A stretch of DNA of 48,439 bases, the filler included, from Syntrophales bacterium (GTDB taxonomy: Bacteria; Desulfobacterota; Syntrophia; Syntrophales; UBA4778), in the NCBI GenBank assembly GCA_963665615.2. It is 2 parts of 2 records of this genome, joined end to end, with 100 filler letters (N's around TTAATTAATTAA, not from the genome) between each part and the next. Parts side by side here need not be neighbours in the genome. Positions count along the whole stretch, not along the records: positions 1 to 25,188 come from CAXXQE010000002.1; 1 more part is not named here. One strand, 5' to 3'. A model generated the notes under the pieces. It was not told the DNA's origin. It ran no database searches and was given only the letters and a program-made list of their open reading frames with translations. A program made the position numbers and the translations under genes. Of the stretch, positions 9,474 to 20,827 are shown in pieces; positions within the stretch are counted from its first letter, which is position 1; each line of letters opens with the position of its first letter.

Positions 9474-10742
9474 TTATCGCACTTTTTTTCCATCTTTTTT
9501 CAAGGTCATCAAACCAAAGGTCGCTACGACCAGCAGCGCAAAGCCTCCCTGCCAGGCGAGATCGTATGACGCTGTTTTATCATAAATGTAACCGCCGATG
9601 ATCGGTCCCAAGCTGGCGCCTGCCACGACAAAAAAAGTCAGCATCCCGTAAATTGTTCCCAACATGCTGCTGCCGAACCGGTCGGCAATCAGGTAAGGCA
9701 TCATGGTGGCGATGGCGCCGTAACCGAACCCGAACAGCAGCGCAGATCCGTATAATCCGAATAAATTGTGCGTCAGGAAAAAGACAAGCATACCGCCGGC
9801 CATCGAGGCGAAACCGATGCAGGCGGCGTATTTGGCATCATGAAGCCGATCGCTGACGGTGCCGAAAAAGTAGCGGCCGACGATGCTGGTCAGACCAATG
9901 ATGCTGATCGCGACATCCGCACGTATCTTGTCCACACCGCTGTCGATGGCAAAAGCCACCAGATGGACAAAAACCAGCATTTGAGCCAGTACAGCCACAC
10001 CGAAACACAACGCCATGACCCAGAAACGGGAGTCATGCAGAAACTTGACTTTCGTTACGGTTACGGTGTCGTGAACAATCTGCGCCTCGGTTCCATCCTG
10101 CACGGCAACCGCTTCTTCTCCATCGGGCAGCAGGCCATGATCCGTCGGCTTGGTGCGCACCATCAGCAGTTGAGCTGTGGTTAATCCCAGAACAAGCACC
10201 AGACAACCAAGTATCACAAAGCCGGCGCGCCAGCCGTATGTTTTCATCACCGGTCCCAGAACAAAAGGCAAAAGCATCTGGGCAACGCCGATGCCCATGG
10301 AGGCAATGCCGATGGCCAACCCCCTTTTTTTATGGAACCATTTGCCGACGTAAGAATTGCAGACCACTACCCCAAGGAAAGATCCGCCCGCGCCGGCGAG
10401 AACGCCATACGTCAAATAGAGTTGCAGTGGGGTATGCACAAATGCCATTGAGAAAAAAGCGGCACTCAGCAGCAGAGAGCCGATTGTGGCGATCCACTTT
10501 GGGGCGACTCGATCCAGAAGGTGGCCGGAAAGAATGCCGCCAACACTGTACGATAAAATTTCCAGTGTCGAGCTGAATGCGATCGTGGCGCGCGACCAAT
10601 GCAGATCTGCGGCCATGGGATTGACAAAGATGCCGTAGCAATACCGCGATCCGTAGTTGATGCCCATTGTTACAAAAGCGGCGCTTACGATATACCAGCC
10701 CCAGTATATTGTGTTTGTCTTTTGAAATCTTTCTTGAACCAA
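9474..10742 (-). CDS. MFS transporter (OFA/MCT-like)
   Basis: About 12 TM. YWGWYIV start, GHLLDRVAPK, KWFHKKRGLAIG, GTVSDRL. Confidence 0.9.
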   Translation of the reverse strand: MVQERFQKTNTIYWGWYIVSAAFVTMGINYGSRYCYGIFVNPMAADLHWSRATIAFSSTLEILSYSVGGILSGHLLDRVAPKWIATIGSLLLSAAFFSMAFVHTPLQLYLTYGVLAGAGGSFLGVVVCNSYVGKWFHKKRGLAIGIASMGIGVAQMLLPFVLGPVMKTYGWRAGFVILGCLVLVLGLTTAQLLMVRTKPTDHGLLPDGEEAVAVQDGTEAQIVHDTVTVTKVKFLHDSRFWVMALCFGVAVLAQMLVFVHLVAFAIDSGVDKIRADVAISIIGLTSIVGRYFFGTVSDRLHDAKYAACIGFASMAGGMLVFFLTHNLFGLYGSALLFGFGYGAIATMMPYLIADRFGSSMLGTIYGMLTFFVVAGASLGPIIGGYIYDKTASYDLAWQGGFALLVVATFGLMTLKKDGKKVR

Positions 10743-11083
10743 AATAATGATACCTCGCTCCCGCTATTTGTTGCTTCGTAAACGAATTTCAACCGGTCCT
10801 GTCCAAAGCAAGCTGAAAAGCTGAACAGTGAAACAGCGTCATACATGGCAAAGCCGAAGATTGCAATCTCAAATGTATGGAGAGCACAGAAAACCTTCGA
10901 TACCGGGCGAGTTACCTTCTCCTTGATATAATTCCATAATTATTATAGATTTCGCTCCGAATGGCATTGATGTTTAGAGTGTGCCATGCCGCATGAATCC
11001 GGCAGTGAGCGCATTGCTCGCAGCTTGCTGCGAGGAGCTTCAATAGACTGCTCGTGTCCAGTAAGCATGAGAATGAGGGACCG

Positions 11084-11491
11084 GTGGGAATCATATACGA
11101 CACAGCGGTCTTGATTAAGGTCGAACGCAACGACATCGATCTGGGGCGTTTATTAAGCGGCAGAAGGGAAGGCCCGTTCGGCATCAGTGTGGTGAGTGTT
11201 GCGGAACTCCTGCATGGCGCGTACCGGGCCGATACGGAGGAACGCAGGGCAAAACGGGTCGCTTTTGTCGAAAAGCTGTGCGAGCGGCTTACTGTTTTTG
11301 ATTATGACATGGCGGCAGCGAAGGTATTCGCGGAGATATCGAGCAGCACGGCACAAAAAGGGGTATCCGTCGGAACAAACGATTTGATTATCGCGGCCAC
11401 AGCCATATCGCACGGCCATTCCGTCATGACGATCAACAAGAAGGATTTCGAAAACATAGAGGGGCTCCAATTGGAGGTCTTCCCTATATAA
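11084..11491 (+). CDS. PIN-domain (VapC-like) ribonuclease
   Basis: [37 protein letters not shown] start after GAGGGA. Confidence 0.88.
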   Translation: MGIIYDTAVLIKVERNDIDLGRLLSGRREGPFGISVVSVAELLHGAYRADTEERRAKRVAFVEKLCERLTVFDYDMAAAKVFAEISSSTAQKGVSVGTNDLIIAATAISHGHSVMTINKKDFENIEGLQLEVFPI

Positions 11492-11513
11492 TCAGGCAAA
11501 GGAGTTTCCAGAA

Positions 11514-13205
11514 ATGACGCAACCGACGAGCGTGCCGCGAAACGATTTCATCCGCGATATCATTGACGACGATCTCAAGACAAATAAACACGCAGGGCGC
11601 GTCGCCACCCGTTTTCCGCCGGAGCCCAATGGCTATATTCATATCGGACACGCCAAATCGGTTTGCCTGAATTTCGGCCTTGCTGCGCAGTATCAGGGCA
11701 CCTGCAACCTCAGACTCGACGATACCGACCCGCTGGGCGAGTCCATGGAATACGTGGAATCGATCATCCGAGATGTCCACTGGCTCGGCTTTGACTGGCG
11801 GGATCGCCTCTTTTATGCCTCTGATTATTTCGAGCGGCTCTATCAATTCGCCGTTGAACTGATCAAACTGGGAGATGCCTATGTCTGCGATCTCAATGCG
11901 GACGAGGTGCGGGAACGGCGCGGGAACTTTACCGAACCGGGGCAGGACAGCCCTTATCGAAACCGTTCCGTCGATGAGAACCTGGATCTGTTCGCCAGAA
12001 TGCGCGCCGGCGAATTTGAAGACGGCTCCCATACGGTGCGCGCCAAAATCGACATGGCCTCTCCATTCATCGTCATGCGCGATCCGGTCATCTACCGGAT
12101 CAAGCGCGAACCCCATTACCGGACGGGCTCGGACTGGGTGATCTATCCCATGTACGATTTCGCGCACTGCCTTTCGGATGCCCTGGAAGGGATCACCCAC
12201 TCCATCTGCACCCTGGAGTTCGAGAACAACCGACCCCTGTACGACTGGTTTGTGGAGCGATTGATTCCCGCGGGCAAGCGGCCGAACCAGATCGAATTCG
12301 CCCGTCTCAATCTGAGTTATACGGTTCTCAGCAAGCGCCGGCTCATCGAATTGGTGAAGAAGGGCTATGTGAACGGTTGGGATGATCCGCGCATGCCGAC
12401 CGTCACGGGCATGCGACGCCGGGGCTATACGCCCGAGGCCATCCGCAACTTCTGTGCAGCCATCGGCGTGGCGAAGAACGACAACCTGATCGATGTCGCC
12501 CTCCTTGAACATTGCGTTCGCGAGGATTTGAACGAAAAGGCGCCGCGGGCGATGTGCGTTCTCAATCCCCTGCGTGTCGTCATCGACAACTATCCGGAAG
12601 GACAGGTGGAGGCGTTCGAATTTGCCAACCATCCGCAACAGCCCGAGATGGGCACGCGACAGGTTCCATTTTCGAGGGTGCTCTATATCGAGCGCGACGA
12701 CTTCATGGAAGACCCCCCGAAGAAATATCATCGTCTCGGTCCGGGACGCGAGGTGCGCCTGCGCAATGCCTATGTGATCAAATACGAAAGCATGGTGAAG
12801 GACGAAACAGGCGAGGTGATTGAGTTGCACTGCACCTATGATCCGCAGACTCGCGACGCCGCGCCTGCGGACGGCCGCAAGGTGCAGGGCGTTATTCACT
12901 GGGTGTCGGCAGAGCACTGCGTGCCTGCGGAAGCACGCTTGTATGACCGGTTGTTCAGCATTCAGGACCCTGGGAAAGAGGAGGAATTTTTACAATTCCT
13001 GAATCCGGATTCGCTGGAGATCCTGACGACCTGCTATGCCGAGCCGAGTCTGAAAGATGCAGACCTCGGGAGCAGATATCAGTTTGAAAGGCTGGGATAT
13101 TTTGGCGTGGACGCGAAGGATTCGTCAGGCGACAAGCTTGTCTTCAACCGTATCGTTCCGCTTCGGGATTCCTGGGGGAAATTGGCTTCAGGAGAGAAGA
13201 AATAA
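11514..13205 (+). CDS. glnS: Glutamine--tRNA ligase
   Basis: [37 protein letters not shown]. Confidence 0.97.
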   Translation: MTQPTSVPRNDFIRDIIDDDLKTNKHAGRVATRFPPEPNGYIHIGHAKSVCLNFGLAAQYQGTCNLRLDDTDPLGESMEYVESIIRDVHWLGFDWRDRLFYASDYFERLYQFAVELIKLGDAYVCDLNADEVRERRGNFTEPGQDSPYRNRSVDENLDLFARMRAGEFEDGSHTVRAKIDMASPFIVMRDPVIYRIKREPHYRTGSDWVIYPMYDFAHCLSDALEGITHSICTLEFENNRPLYDWFVERLIPAGKRPNQIEFARLNLSYTVLSKRRLIELVKKGYVNGWDDPRMPTVTGMRRRGYTPEAIRNFCAAIGVAKNDNLIDVALLEHCVREDLNEKAPRAMCVLNPLRVVIDNYPEGQVEAFEFANHPQQPEMGTRQVPFSRVLYIERDDFMEDPPKKYHRLGPGREVRLRNAYVIKYESMVKDETGEVIELHCTYDPQTRDAAPADGRKVQGVIHWVSAEHCVPAEARLYDRLFSIQDPGKEEEFLQFLNPDSLEILTTCYAEPSLKDADLGSRYQFERLGYFGVDAKDSSGDKLVFNRIVPLRDSWGKLASGEKK

Positions 13206-13208
13206 AAA

Positions 13209-13282
13209 TGGCTGGGGAACAAGGATTCGAACCTTGATTGACGGAGTCAGAGTCCGGTGTCCTACCATTGAACGATTCCCCA
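13209..13282 (-). tRNA. tRNA-Gln(CTG)
   Basis: Minus strand TGGGGAATCGTTCAATGGTAGGACACCGGACTCTGACTCCGTCAATCAAGGTTCGAATCCTTGTTCCCCAGCCA: cloverleaf, CTG anticodon, encoded CCA. Confidence 0.95.
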
Positions 13283-13469
13283 GCATAATGAGCGGATCGG
13301 CTTGTCTGTTCGACGAGAACCGCAATATAATGTGATCGATTTTCTATGTCAACAGATTTTCTCTAATTCGGCGGCGGGCTGCTGCCCCTTGCTATAATTT
13401 CCCGAATGCCCTATATAGCAGTGCCCGTTTCTTCAGACCTCATTATTTTCAATACGTCAAGGAGATATT

Positions 13470-14393
13470 ATGGATCGGTTTGCGCATTTTATCTGTTGTC
13501 TACGACAGGCCTTTCTGGCGGTGCTGATGGCGGTCATGCTGATGGGCGTTGTTGACAAGGCCGGGGCTACGGAGAGCGGAGGTGGCGCTTATCCCAATGG
13601 CGTCGAAGATTTCATGTCGGCCGCCCTGCCGCCGCCCGGTACGTATTTTATGAATTACCTGAGTTACTATCGGGCGGCCTCCTTGAAAGATCAGAGCGGA
13701 AACGATGCCATGCCCAAGTTTGATCTCGACGCAGTTGCCAATGTCTTCCGTTTCGTGCACATTTCCAAGCAGCAGATCTTCGGTGCTTCCTGGGGGATGC
13801 ATATTTTCCTCCCCCTTGCGCATGTTAATGTCGATGCAACGCGCGGCAGCGACAACCGGTCCGGGTTGGGTGATATCCTGTTCAGTCCGATGGTTCTCGG
13901 CTGGCACTTCAAAAATGTCCATGTCGTTGCGGCCGTTGACACGTATGTCCCCACGGGCGCTTACGACAAGAACCGGTTGGCCAACATCGGCCGGAACTAC
14001 TGGACCTTCGAGCCGGCGTGCGCCGTGACCTACCTTGCGGACAACGGTTTTGAGGCATCCGGAAAATTCATGTACGACTTCAATCTCAAGAATACGGATA
14101 CGGACTATCGGTCGGGGCAGGAGTTCCATTTCGATTATGCCGTTGGATTCCACCCCAATCGCGACTGGGTCGCGGGCGCCAGCGGTTATTTTTATTATCA
14201 GACGACGGACGATGAACAGAACGGCGTGAAGGTGGGAACGGACGGATACCGGGGCCGCGTCTTCTCCATCGGACCGACGGTCGCCTATCAGTACAAGAAC
14301 ACCTCTTTCACGCTGAAATGGCAAAAGGAGTTCAAGGCCGAAAATCGACCCGAGGGAGATCATTTCCTGCTCAAATTCATATACGCCTTTTAA
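13470..14393 (+). CDS. SphA/'Phenol_MetA_deg'-type outer-membrane beta-barrel (putative channel)
   Basis: Signal peptide, TESGGGAYPNG...ALPPPG, SGLGD, PTGAYD, NIGRNYW, C-terminal YAF. Confidence 0.85.
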   Translation: MDRFAHFICCLRQAFLAVLMAVMLMGVVDKAGATESGGGAYPNGVEDFMSAALPPPGTYFMNYLSYYRAASLKDQSGNDAMPKFDLDAVANVFRFVHISKQQIFGASWGMHIFLPLAHVNVDATRGSDNRSGLGDILFSPMVLGWHFKNVHVVAAVDTYVPTGAYDKNRLANIGRNYWTFEPACAVTYLADNGFEASGKFMYDFNLKNTDTDYRSGQEFHFDYAVGFHPNRDWVAGASGYFYYQTTDDEQNGVKVGTDGYRGRVFSIGPTVAYQYKNTSFTLKWQKEFKAENRPEGDHFLLKFIYAF

Positions 14394-14400
14394 AACGCAC

Positions 14401-14445
14401 CAAAATAAAACGCCCTGCCGTCTCGATTGGTGAAGCGGCAGGGCG
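14401..14445. terminator. GC-rich hairpin after the porin gene
   Basis: AAAATAAAA-CGCCCTGCCG...CGGCAGGGCG. Confidence 0.55.
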
Positions 14446-14603
14446 ATCTCAAAGCCAGGGCCTGCACTGTTTGACGCCGTTGGTTCGCTTGAAGCCTCAA
14501 ATTCCTTCTAATCCCCTGTTTTTTCTTGACCGTTTGATTTCACGATGATATTCACCCTTGACACACCCTAAGAAAAACGAGTCATAAAATTGAGGAGGTA
14601 CGC

Positions 14604-15482
14604 GTGACCTTTCAACAACTCATCCTGTCGTTGCAGCGATACTGGGCGGATCAGGGGTGCATCATTCAGCAGCCCTACGATCTGGAGGTCGGGGCGGGCA
14701 CGTTCAATCCCGCGACCTTTTTGAGGTCCCTCGGCCCCGAACCGTGGAATGTGGCGTATGTCGAGCCTTCGCGTCGCCCGACGGACGGCCGCTACGGGGA
14801 GAACCCCAACCGGCTCCAGCATTACTATCAGTACCAGGTCATCATGAAGCCCTCGCCGATCAACATCCAGGAACTCTACCTGGACTCCCTGCGCAGTTTC
14901 GGGATCGACCCGCTGGAGCACGATATCCGCTTCGTCAAGGACGACTGGGAATCGCCGACACTGGGGGCCTGGGGCCTGGGCTGGGAGGTCTGGCTCGACG
15001 GCATGGAGATCACGCAGTTCACCTATTTTCAGCAGGTCGGCGGCATCGATCTGAACCCCGTCTGCGCCGAGATTACCTACGGGATCGAGCGCATCGCCAT
15101 GTACCTCCAGGGGATCGATAACGTCTACGATCTCGAATGGGCCTCCGGCATCAAATACGGCGATGTCCATCATCGCAGTGAGGTGGAGTTTTCGACCTAC
15201 AACTTCGAGTACGCCGATATCGACATGCTGCGCACGCTGTTCAACATGTACGAGGCTGAAGCCATTCGCATGGTGGAAAAGGAACTGGTCCTGCCTGCCT
15301 ACGACTATTGTCTGAAATGCTCGCACACCTTCAATCTGCTCGATGCGCGCGGCGCGATCAGCGTGGCCGAGCGGACAAACTACATCGCCCGGGTCCGTAA
15401 TCTGGCCCGACTCAGCGCCGAGGGCTACGTCAGGCAGCGCGAAAAGATGGGCTACCCGCTGATGAACCGATGGCACAAATAG
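14604..15482 (+). CDS. glyQ: Glycine--tRNA ligase alpha subunit
   Basis: [48 protein letters not shown]. Confidence 0.97.
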   Translation: MTFQQLILSLQRYWADQGCIIQQPYDLEVGAGTFNPATFLRSLGPEPWNVAYVEPSRRPTDGRYGENPNRLQHYYQYQVIMKPSPINIQELYLDSLRSFGIDPLEHDIRFVKDDWESPTLGAWGLGWEVWLDGMEITQFTYFQQVGGIDLNPVCAEITYGIERIAMYLQGIDNVYDLEWASGIKYGDVHHRSEVEFSTYNFEYADIDMLRTLFNMYEAEAIRMVEKELVLPAYDYCLKCSHTFNLLDARGAISVAERTNYIARVRNLARLSAEGYVRQREKMGYPLMNRWHK

Positions 15483-15490
15483 GAGAGACC

Positions 15491-17572
15491 ATGGCGAAAG
15501 AACTCTTGCTTGAGATAGGAACCGAAGAGATTCCGGCGGAATTCATGCCGAAGGTTCAGGTCGATATGGATGCGATGATCCGCAAGGAACTCGCGGCGGC
15601 ACGCATTGCCCACGGGGCGGTCAAGGTCATGGCGACACCGCGCCGGCTCGTTCTGATCGTGTCGGAGGTGGCGGAGAAGCAGGAAGACCAGCTCATTGAA
15701 AAAATCGGCCCGGCCAAACGGGTTTCCTTCGATGAGCAGGGAAACCCCACCAAGGCAGCCTTGGGATTCGCGAAAGGGCAGGGGGTCGATTTCTCGGAGA
15801 TCGAGATCCTGTCCACCGACAAGGGGGAATACATCTGCGCGCGAAAAACCGTCCTCGGCGTCGAGACCAAGACCATTCTGGCGGAGATGCTGCCCCGGTT
15901 CATTCTCGGCATCCCCTTCAAGAAATCGATGCGCTGGAAGGATCTGTCTATCCGCTTTGCGCGCCCCATTCACTGGATTGTGGCCCTTTTCGGCATAGAG
16001 GTCATCCCTTTCCGGCTTGAAAATATCGCGAGCGGCAAGAAGACCTGCGGACATCGCTTCATGAGTCCGGGCTTTTTCATGGTGAAAGATGCCCACGATT
16101 TTTTGCGCCATCTCAAGGAAAACTATGTCATCATCGATCCGCAGGAACGCAGGAAGATCATCGTTCAGGAGGCTGAGAGGGCCGCCCGGAAAGTAGGCGG
16201 CAAGCCCGTGTTCCTCGAAGAACTATTGGAAGAAGTGACGTACCTGGTGGAGTACCCGACGGCGGTTTGCGGCACCTTCGACCGCGAGTTTCTTAACCTC
16301 CCGAAGGACGTGCTCATCACGACCATGGTGGAGCACCAGAAGTATTTCCCCGTCGTCGATGAGGGCGGCAACCTGCTGCCCCATTTTGTCACGATCAACA
16401 ACACCCTGGCGCACAAACCCGAGGTGGTGGCGCGAGGCAACCAGAAGGTCATTCGGGCTCGGCTTTCAGATGCGCGCTTCTTCTTCCAGGAAGATCAGAA
16501 GGTATCGCTCGACGACCACCTCAAGAAATTGAAAAAAGTCGTCTTCCATTCGCAGTTGGGCACCTCGGAGGACAAGGTGGCCCGGTTCCGGCAGCTGGCC
16601 GGCTGGCTGGCCGACAAGATCAATCCGGCGCTGAGGGCCGATGTGGAGCGTGCAGCCACGCTGGCGAAGGCCGACCTGGAAACGCAGATGGTCTATGAAT
16701 TTCCCAGCCTCCAGGGGATCATGGGGCGGGAATACGCCCTGATCGGGTGCGAAAAGGCGACGGTGGCAACGGCCATCTACGAACACTACCTGCCGACCGC
16801 GGCGGGCGGAAAACTCCCGGCAACCGATATTGGCGCAATCGTGAGCATCGCCGATAAGACGGATACGATTGCGGGCTTTTTCGGAATCAACCAGCCTCCG
16901 ACGGGCACAGCCGATCCCTTCGCGCTCAGACGCCAGGCCCTGGGCATTCTCAATATACTCCTCGACAAGCAGTATCCCGTCGCGCTTCCCGAACTGGTCA
17001 ACGAAAGCCTCGGCATCCTCGCCGACAAGTTGAAGAAGACCCGGGAGGAGGTACTGACCGATATCCTGGAGTTCTTCAAGGGCCGCTTCGAGAACATGCT
17101 GATTTCCCAGGACCATCCCTATGATCTGGTCGATGCCGTTCTGTCGCAGGGGATTTCCAATGTTGTCGTCTGTCTGGAGAAGGTTCGGGCGATGGAGGCC
17201 TTCCGGAAACATCCGGATTTCGAGCCTCTGATGATTGCCTTCAAACGCGTCTGCAATATTATCAAGAATATCGACGTAGCCGGGGCGATCGATCCGGCTG
17301 TCTTTGAGACCGATGCCGAAAAGGGCCTGTATGAAGCCTATCTGGGAATCCGGGACAAGACGATGGCCCTGGTCGAAAAGAGGGATTTCGGAGCCGCCCT
17401 GGCAGAGATTGCACGGCTGCGGGGGCCCGTCGATGCCTTCTTCGAGTCGGTGATGGTCATGGCCGAAGATGAGAACGTGCGCCGCAATCGGCTGTCGCTA
17501 TTGGAGGCCATCTCTAAACTCTTCTACGGTATCGCCGATATCTCCAAGGTTTCAACCGAGAGCGTAAAGTAG
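15491..17572 (+). CDS. glyS: Glycine--tRNA ligase beta subunit
   Basis: ELLLEIGTEEIPA, TPRRL, RFARPIHW, EFPSLQG, DPFALRR, NRL. AGGAG RBS. Confidence 0.96.
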   Translation: MAKELLLEIGTEEIPAEFMPKVQVDMDAMIRKELAAARIAHGAVKVMATPRRLVLIVSEVAEKQEDQLIEKIGPAKRVSFDEQGNPTKAALGFAKGQGVDFSEIEILSTDKGEYICARKTVLGVETKTILAEMLPRFILGIPFKKSMRWKDLSIRFARPIHWIVALFGIEVIPFRLENIASGKKTCGHRFMSPGFFMVKDAHDFLRHLKENYVIIDPQERRKIIVQEAERAARKVGGKPVFLEELLEEVTYLVEYPTAVCGTFDREFLNLPKDVLITTMVEHQKYFPVVDEGGNLLPHFVTINNTLAHKPEVVARGNQKVIRARLSDARFFFQEDQKVSLDDHLKKLKKVVFHSQLGTSEDKVARFRQLAGWLADKINPALRADVERAATLAKADLETQMVYEFPSLQGIMGREYALIGCEKATVATAIYEHYLPTAAGGKLPATDIGAIVSIADKTDTIAGFFGINQPPTGTADPFALRRQALGILNILLDKQYPVALPELVNESLGILADKLKKTREEVLTDILEFFKGRFENMLISQDHPYDLVDAVLSQGISNVVVCLEKVRAMEAFRKHPDFEPLMIAFKRVCNIIKNIDVAGAIDPAVFETDAEKGLYEAYLGIRDKTMALVEKRDFGAALAEIARLRGPVDAFFESVMVMAEDENVRRNRLSLLEAISKLFYGIADISKVSTESVK

Positions 17573-17980
17573 TTAAATTTACCTGATAATTTTAATATCT
17601 GTCCGGGGCAGCGACGATGAATCCGCTGCTGCCCCGCTTCTTTCTGAGGCCGTTGTTTCCGCCTTTCTCCTGATTTAAACGCAATACGCCTTCATGCAAA
17701 GGTCGTTGGCGCATGACCACAAGAATCCAGCAGACGGTATTCTCCGGGCTGTTAACCTTGGTAAATATTTTAAAACATTCCCGGATCATTTAAGTTTTCA
17801 TTGATATAACCGAATAATTCTTTGTTGGGCATGCTGGGGGCTGTTCGTCCAAAAGGTCTCTCATATTGTGATATTATGTAAATGGCACGGCGATTCAGTG
17901 CTGCAATTGAAACCGTCGTTCGTTCGGCGTTCCTGACTCGAGCGACGGGAAATGGTCACTGAGGTGGAAGAACGAAGATC

Positions 17981-20278
17981 ATGATGGTTGAAAAGGGAAA
18001 TCAGAGGCAAATCACAGAACTGGCCGAGCAACTGGCCCTGCGTAGCGCTCTGCAGAACATCACCAACCGCATCCATGCCGCCCATAATCTGAAACAAATT
18101 CTTGTGGATCTCAAGGATGGCATCCTCAGTCTCTTCAAGGCCTACGCTGTGACGATCTATGTGGCTGACCCCCATCGCAACGAGATCTATTCCATGTTCC
18201 TGACCGGGACGAAATTGAGCGAGATCCGCCTGCCGATCGACAAAAAGAGCATTGCCGGTTATGTTGCCATAACCTGCAAGTATATCAGCATGGCTGATGC
18301 TTACGACAAGGCGGAGTTGAGGGCAATCGACCGGGAGCTGGCCTTTGACGAGGCCTGGGATCGAAAGACAGGGGTTCGGACGACGCAGGTGCTGGCCGTA
18401 CCGATCCTTCACGACGGCAATCTCCTGGGGGTTATCCAGATCATTAACCGCAAAGGCGGCGGCCGTTTTACCCTGGAGGAAAAGGGGTTCCTCGACGAGA
18501 TCGCAGATGTGCTGGGGATTGCCTTCCACAATCAACAGCGTGTCGCACGCCGAAGGAAAACGCGCTTCGATTTTCTGGTCAATCGGGGGCTCCTCAAGGA
18601 ATCAGATCTGGAGCGATCCTGGGAAGAGGTCCGCAAGGCGGGCGACACCATGGAAAATTATCTGGTCAAGAATTTCAAAATTCAATCGGAGGACATCCAC
18701 AAGTCTCTGGAAGAATTTTACAGTTGCAAGTATGTCCCCTTCAACGACAAGATCCCTGTTCCGGCGGATCTCTGCAAGAAGTTGCGGCCGGAATATCTGC
18801 GCCGCGAGCTCTGGGTGCCGCTCGAACTAGTTGGAGACCAGATCAGCGTTTTGGTGGACGATCCAAACAACATCCTCAAACGGGACATGATCGAAAACCT
18901 CCTGAAGACGAAGAAAATCGAGTACAACGTCTCGTCTAAAGAAGATATTTTGAAGTTCATCAGTGCCTTTTACCGGGCAGATGCAGAGCAGATCTCCATC
19001 AGCGATATTTTGGGCAAACTCGATCTCGGCGGCGTGGAGGTCGAATCGGAGGAAGAGGACGACGCGATTTCTGAATCCGACAGCGCCGTCATGCAACTGG
19101 TCAACAAGATCATCAATGATGCCTATACGAGCCGCGCCTCAGATATTCACATTGAACCGAACACCAAAAAGAAGGCGGTCGATGTCCGTTTTCGAATTGA
19201 TGGAGACTGCATCCGTTATCAGAATTTTCCTTATAACTACCGGGCGGCTGCCGTGTCGCGCATCAAGATTATGGCCAACCTCGATATCACCGAGCGGCGT
19301 CTGCCCCAAGACGGCAAGATCCGTTTCCGTAGGCAAGGCTCAGACGAGATCGAGCTGCGCGTGGCCACCATCCCTACCCAGGGCAATGTCGAAGACGTCG
19401 TCATGCGTATCCTGGCCAAGGGCGAGACCATGCCCCTGGAACAGATGGCTCTGTCTTCCAATAATTACAAAAACCTCGTTTCCATGTTGGAAAAGCCTTA
19501 CGGGATGATCCTCTGCGTGGGGCCGACCGGTTCGGGTAAAACGACAACCCTGCACGCAGCGCTCCGCCATATCAATACCCCTGACACAAAGATCTGGACA
19601 GCAGAAGACCCCGTCGAAATCACACAGGAGGGCTTGCGGCAGGTTCAGGTCAATCCCAAGATCGGGTTCGATTTCAGCGCGGCCATGCGCGCTTTTCTCC
19701 GTGCCGATCCGGACGTCATCATGGTCGGAGAAATGCGCGACTTCGAAACCGCCAAGATCGGTGTCGAGGCCTCGCTCACCGGCCATCTCGTGTTCAGCAC
19801 TCTGCATACCAACAGTGCTCCCGAAACGGTCGTGCGTTTGCTCGACATGGGGATCGACCCTTTCAACTTTGCGGACTCGCTCCTCGGCGTTTTGGCGCAG
19901 CGCCTGAGCCGGACCCTGTGCAAGAAATGCAAGGAGCCGTACAAGCCGTCTCAGGAAGAGTATGATAAAATCGTCCGGTTCTATGGAGAGGAACTCTTCG
20001 GCGAGCTTAACGCCCCCTATGACGACAAGTTGCTGCTTTACAAGCCGAAGGGCTGCCGGGAATGCAACAATACCGGCTATCGCGGGCGTCTGGCCCTGCA
20101 CGAGCTCATTACGGTCACTGACGACATCAAGCGCTTCATCGCAAAACGCGAATCGGTGGAGGTCCTGCGCCAGACATCGATGGATCAGGGGATGCGAACA
20201 CTGCTGCAAGACGGCATCCAGAAGGTTCTGCTGGGATTGACAGATTTTAAGCAGGTGCTGAGCGTCTGCATTAAATAA
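17981..20278 (+). CDS. GAF-domain PilB/GspE-family secretion ATPase
   Basis: N-terminal GAF (SIAGYVA...D..TG.RT..VLAVP...GVIQIINR). ASDIHIEP, ERRLPQDG, GPTGSGKT, LRADPD, TLHTN, CxxC...CxxC. Confidence 0.92.
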   Translation: MMVEKGNQRQITELAEQLALRSALQNITNRIHAAHNLKQILVDLKDGILSLFKAYAVTIYVADPHRNEIYSMFLTGTKLSEIRLPIDKKSIAGYVAITCKYISMADAYDKAELRAIDRELAFDEAWDRKTGVRTTQVLAVPILHDGNLLGVIQIINRKGGGRFTLEEKGFLDEIADVLGIAFHNQQRVARRRKTRFDFLVNRGLLKESDLERSWEEVRKAGDTMENYLVKNFKIQSEDIHKSLEEFYSCKYVPFNDKIPVPADLCKKLRPEYLRRELWVPLELVGDQISVLVDDPNNILKRDMIENLLKTKKIEYNVSSKEDILKFISAFYRADAEQISISDILGKLDLGGVEVESEEEDDAISESDSAVMQLVNKIINDAYTSRASDIHIEPNTKKKAVDVRFRIDGDCIRYQNFPYNYRAAAVSRIKIMANLDITERRLPQDGKIRFRRQGSDEIELRVATIPTQGNVEDVVMRILAKGETMPLEQMALSSNNYKNLVSMLEKPYGMILCVGPTGSGKTTTLHAALRHINTPDTKIWTAEDPVEITQEGLRQVQVNPKIGFDFSAAMRAFLRADPDVIMVGEMRDFETAKIGVEASLTGHLVFSTLHTNSAPETVVRLLDMGIDPFNFADSLLGVLAQRLSRTLCKKCKEPYKPSQEEYDKIVRFYGEELFGELNAPYDDKLLLYKPKGCRECNNTGYRGRLALHELITVTDDIKRFIAKRESVEVLRQTSMDQGMRTLLQDGIQKVLLGLTDFKQVLSVCIK

Positions 20279-20280
20279 TG

Positions 20281-20510
20281 GTAAATAGTGAACAGTAAAT
20301 AGTGACGAGTCACGGGTGACAGCTGACAAGTCGTTTTCTTCTGATCCGGTTGCGGTGAGGGCTTATGCCCTTTGGGCCGGATCATTTTTCTTTGCAAAGA
20401 ATTCCGATGGGCAATGACGCTGTTGTATCGCTCCTGTTGCGCGGTATTAAATACGCCTTACTGAGAAGCGCATTACTTACAGCCTATCATTCGCTGACTA
20501 TTCACTACCT
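20281..20510. repeat. Two facing arrays of degenerate 7-bp tandem repeats
   Basis: GTAAATA-GTGAACA-GTAAATA-GTGACGA-GTCACGG-GTGACAG (20281-20322), and reverse-sense units such as TTACTTAC...CTGACTATTCACTAC (~20473-20508). Confidence 0.55.
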
Positions 20511-20827
20511 TCCCTCGTACATTCTTCCTGTTATCAGTCATATTTAAATCTTATAGGATACCATAGATTTTCGATAAAAATCGTGATAGTTCTTCCTTCA
20601 TTAGCCCTCGCTTATGCGAGGCAGTCATGCGTGTTCAGCACCAACACTTGGGGATTATCAACGACTAATTACTGCATCAGAAGTGATCCATGATGTTGAT
20701 GAAGCTGAAACTGCCAAGAGTACAGGTATGCCCCTTTTTGACATTCTTTGGCCGAGCTGACGTTGCAAACTTGAAAATGAAAGATGCCCTGTCGAATGAG
20801 ACAATCACCCCCAACGAGGAGAGACCG

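Noticed and set aside
11484..12917. 477-aa antisense ORF, and similar long ORFs opposite glyQ, the ATPase, bioB, ltaE and the transposase
   Set aside because: Shadows of GC-rich coding genes on the other strand.
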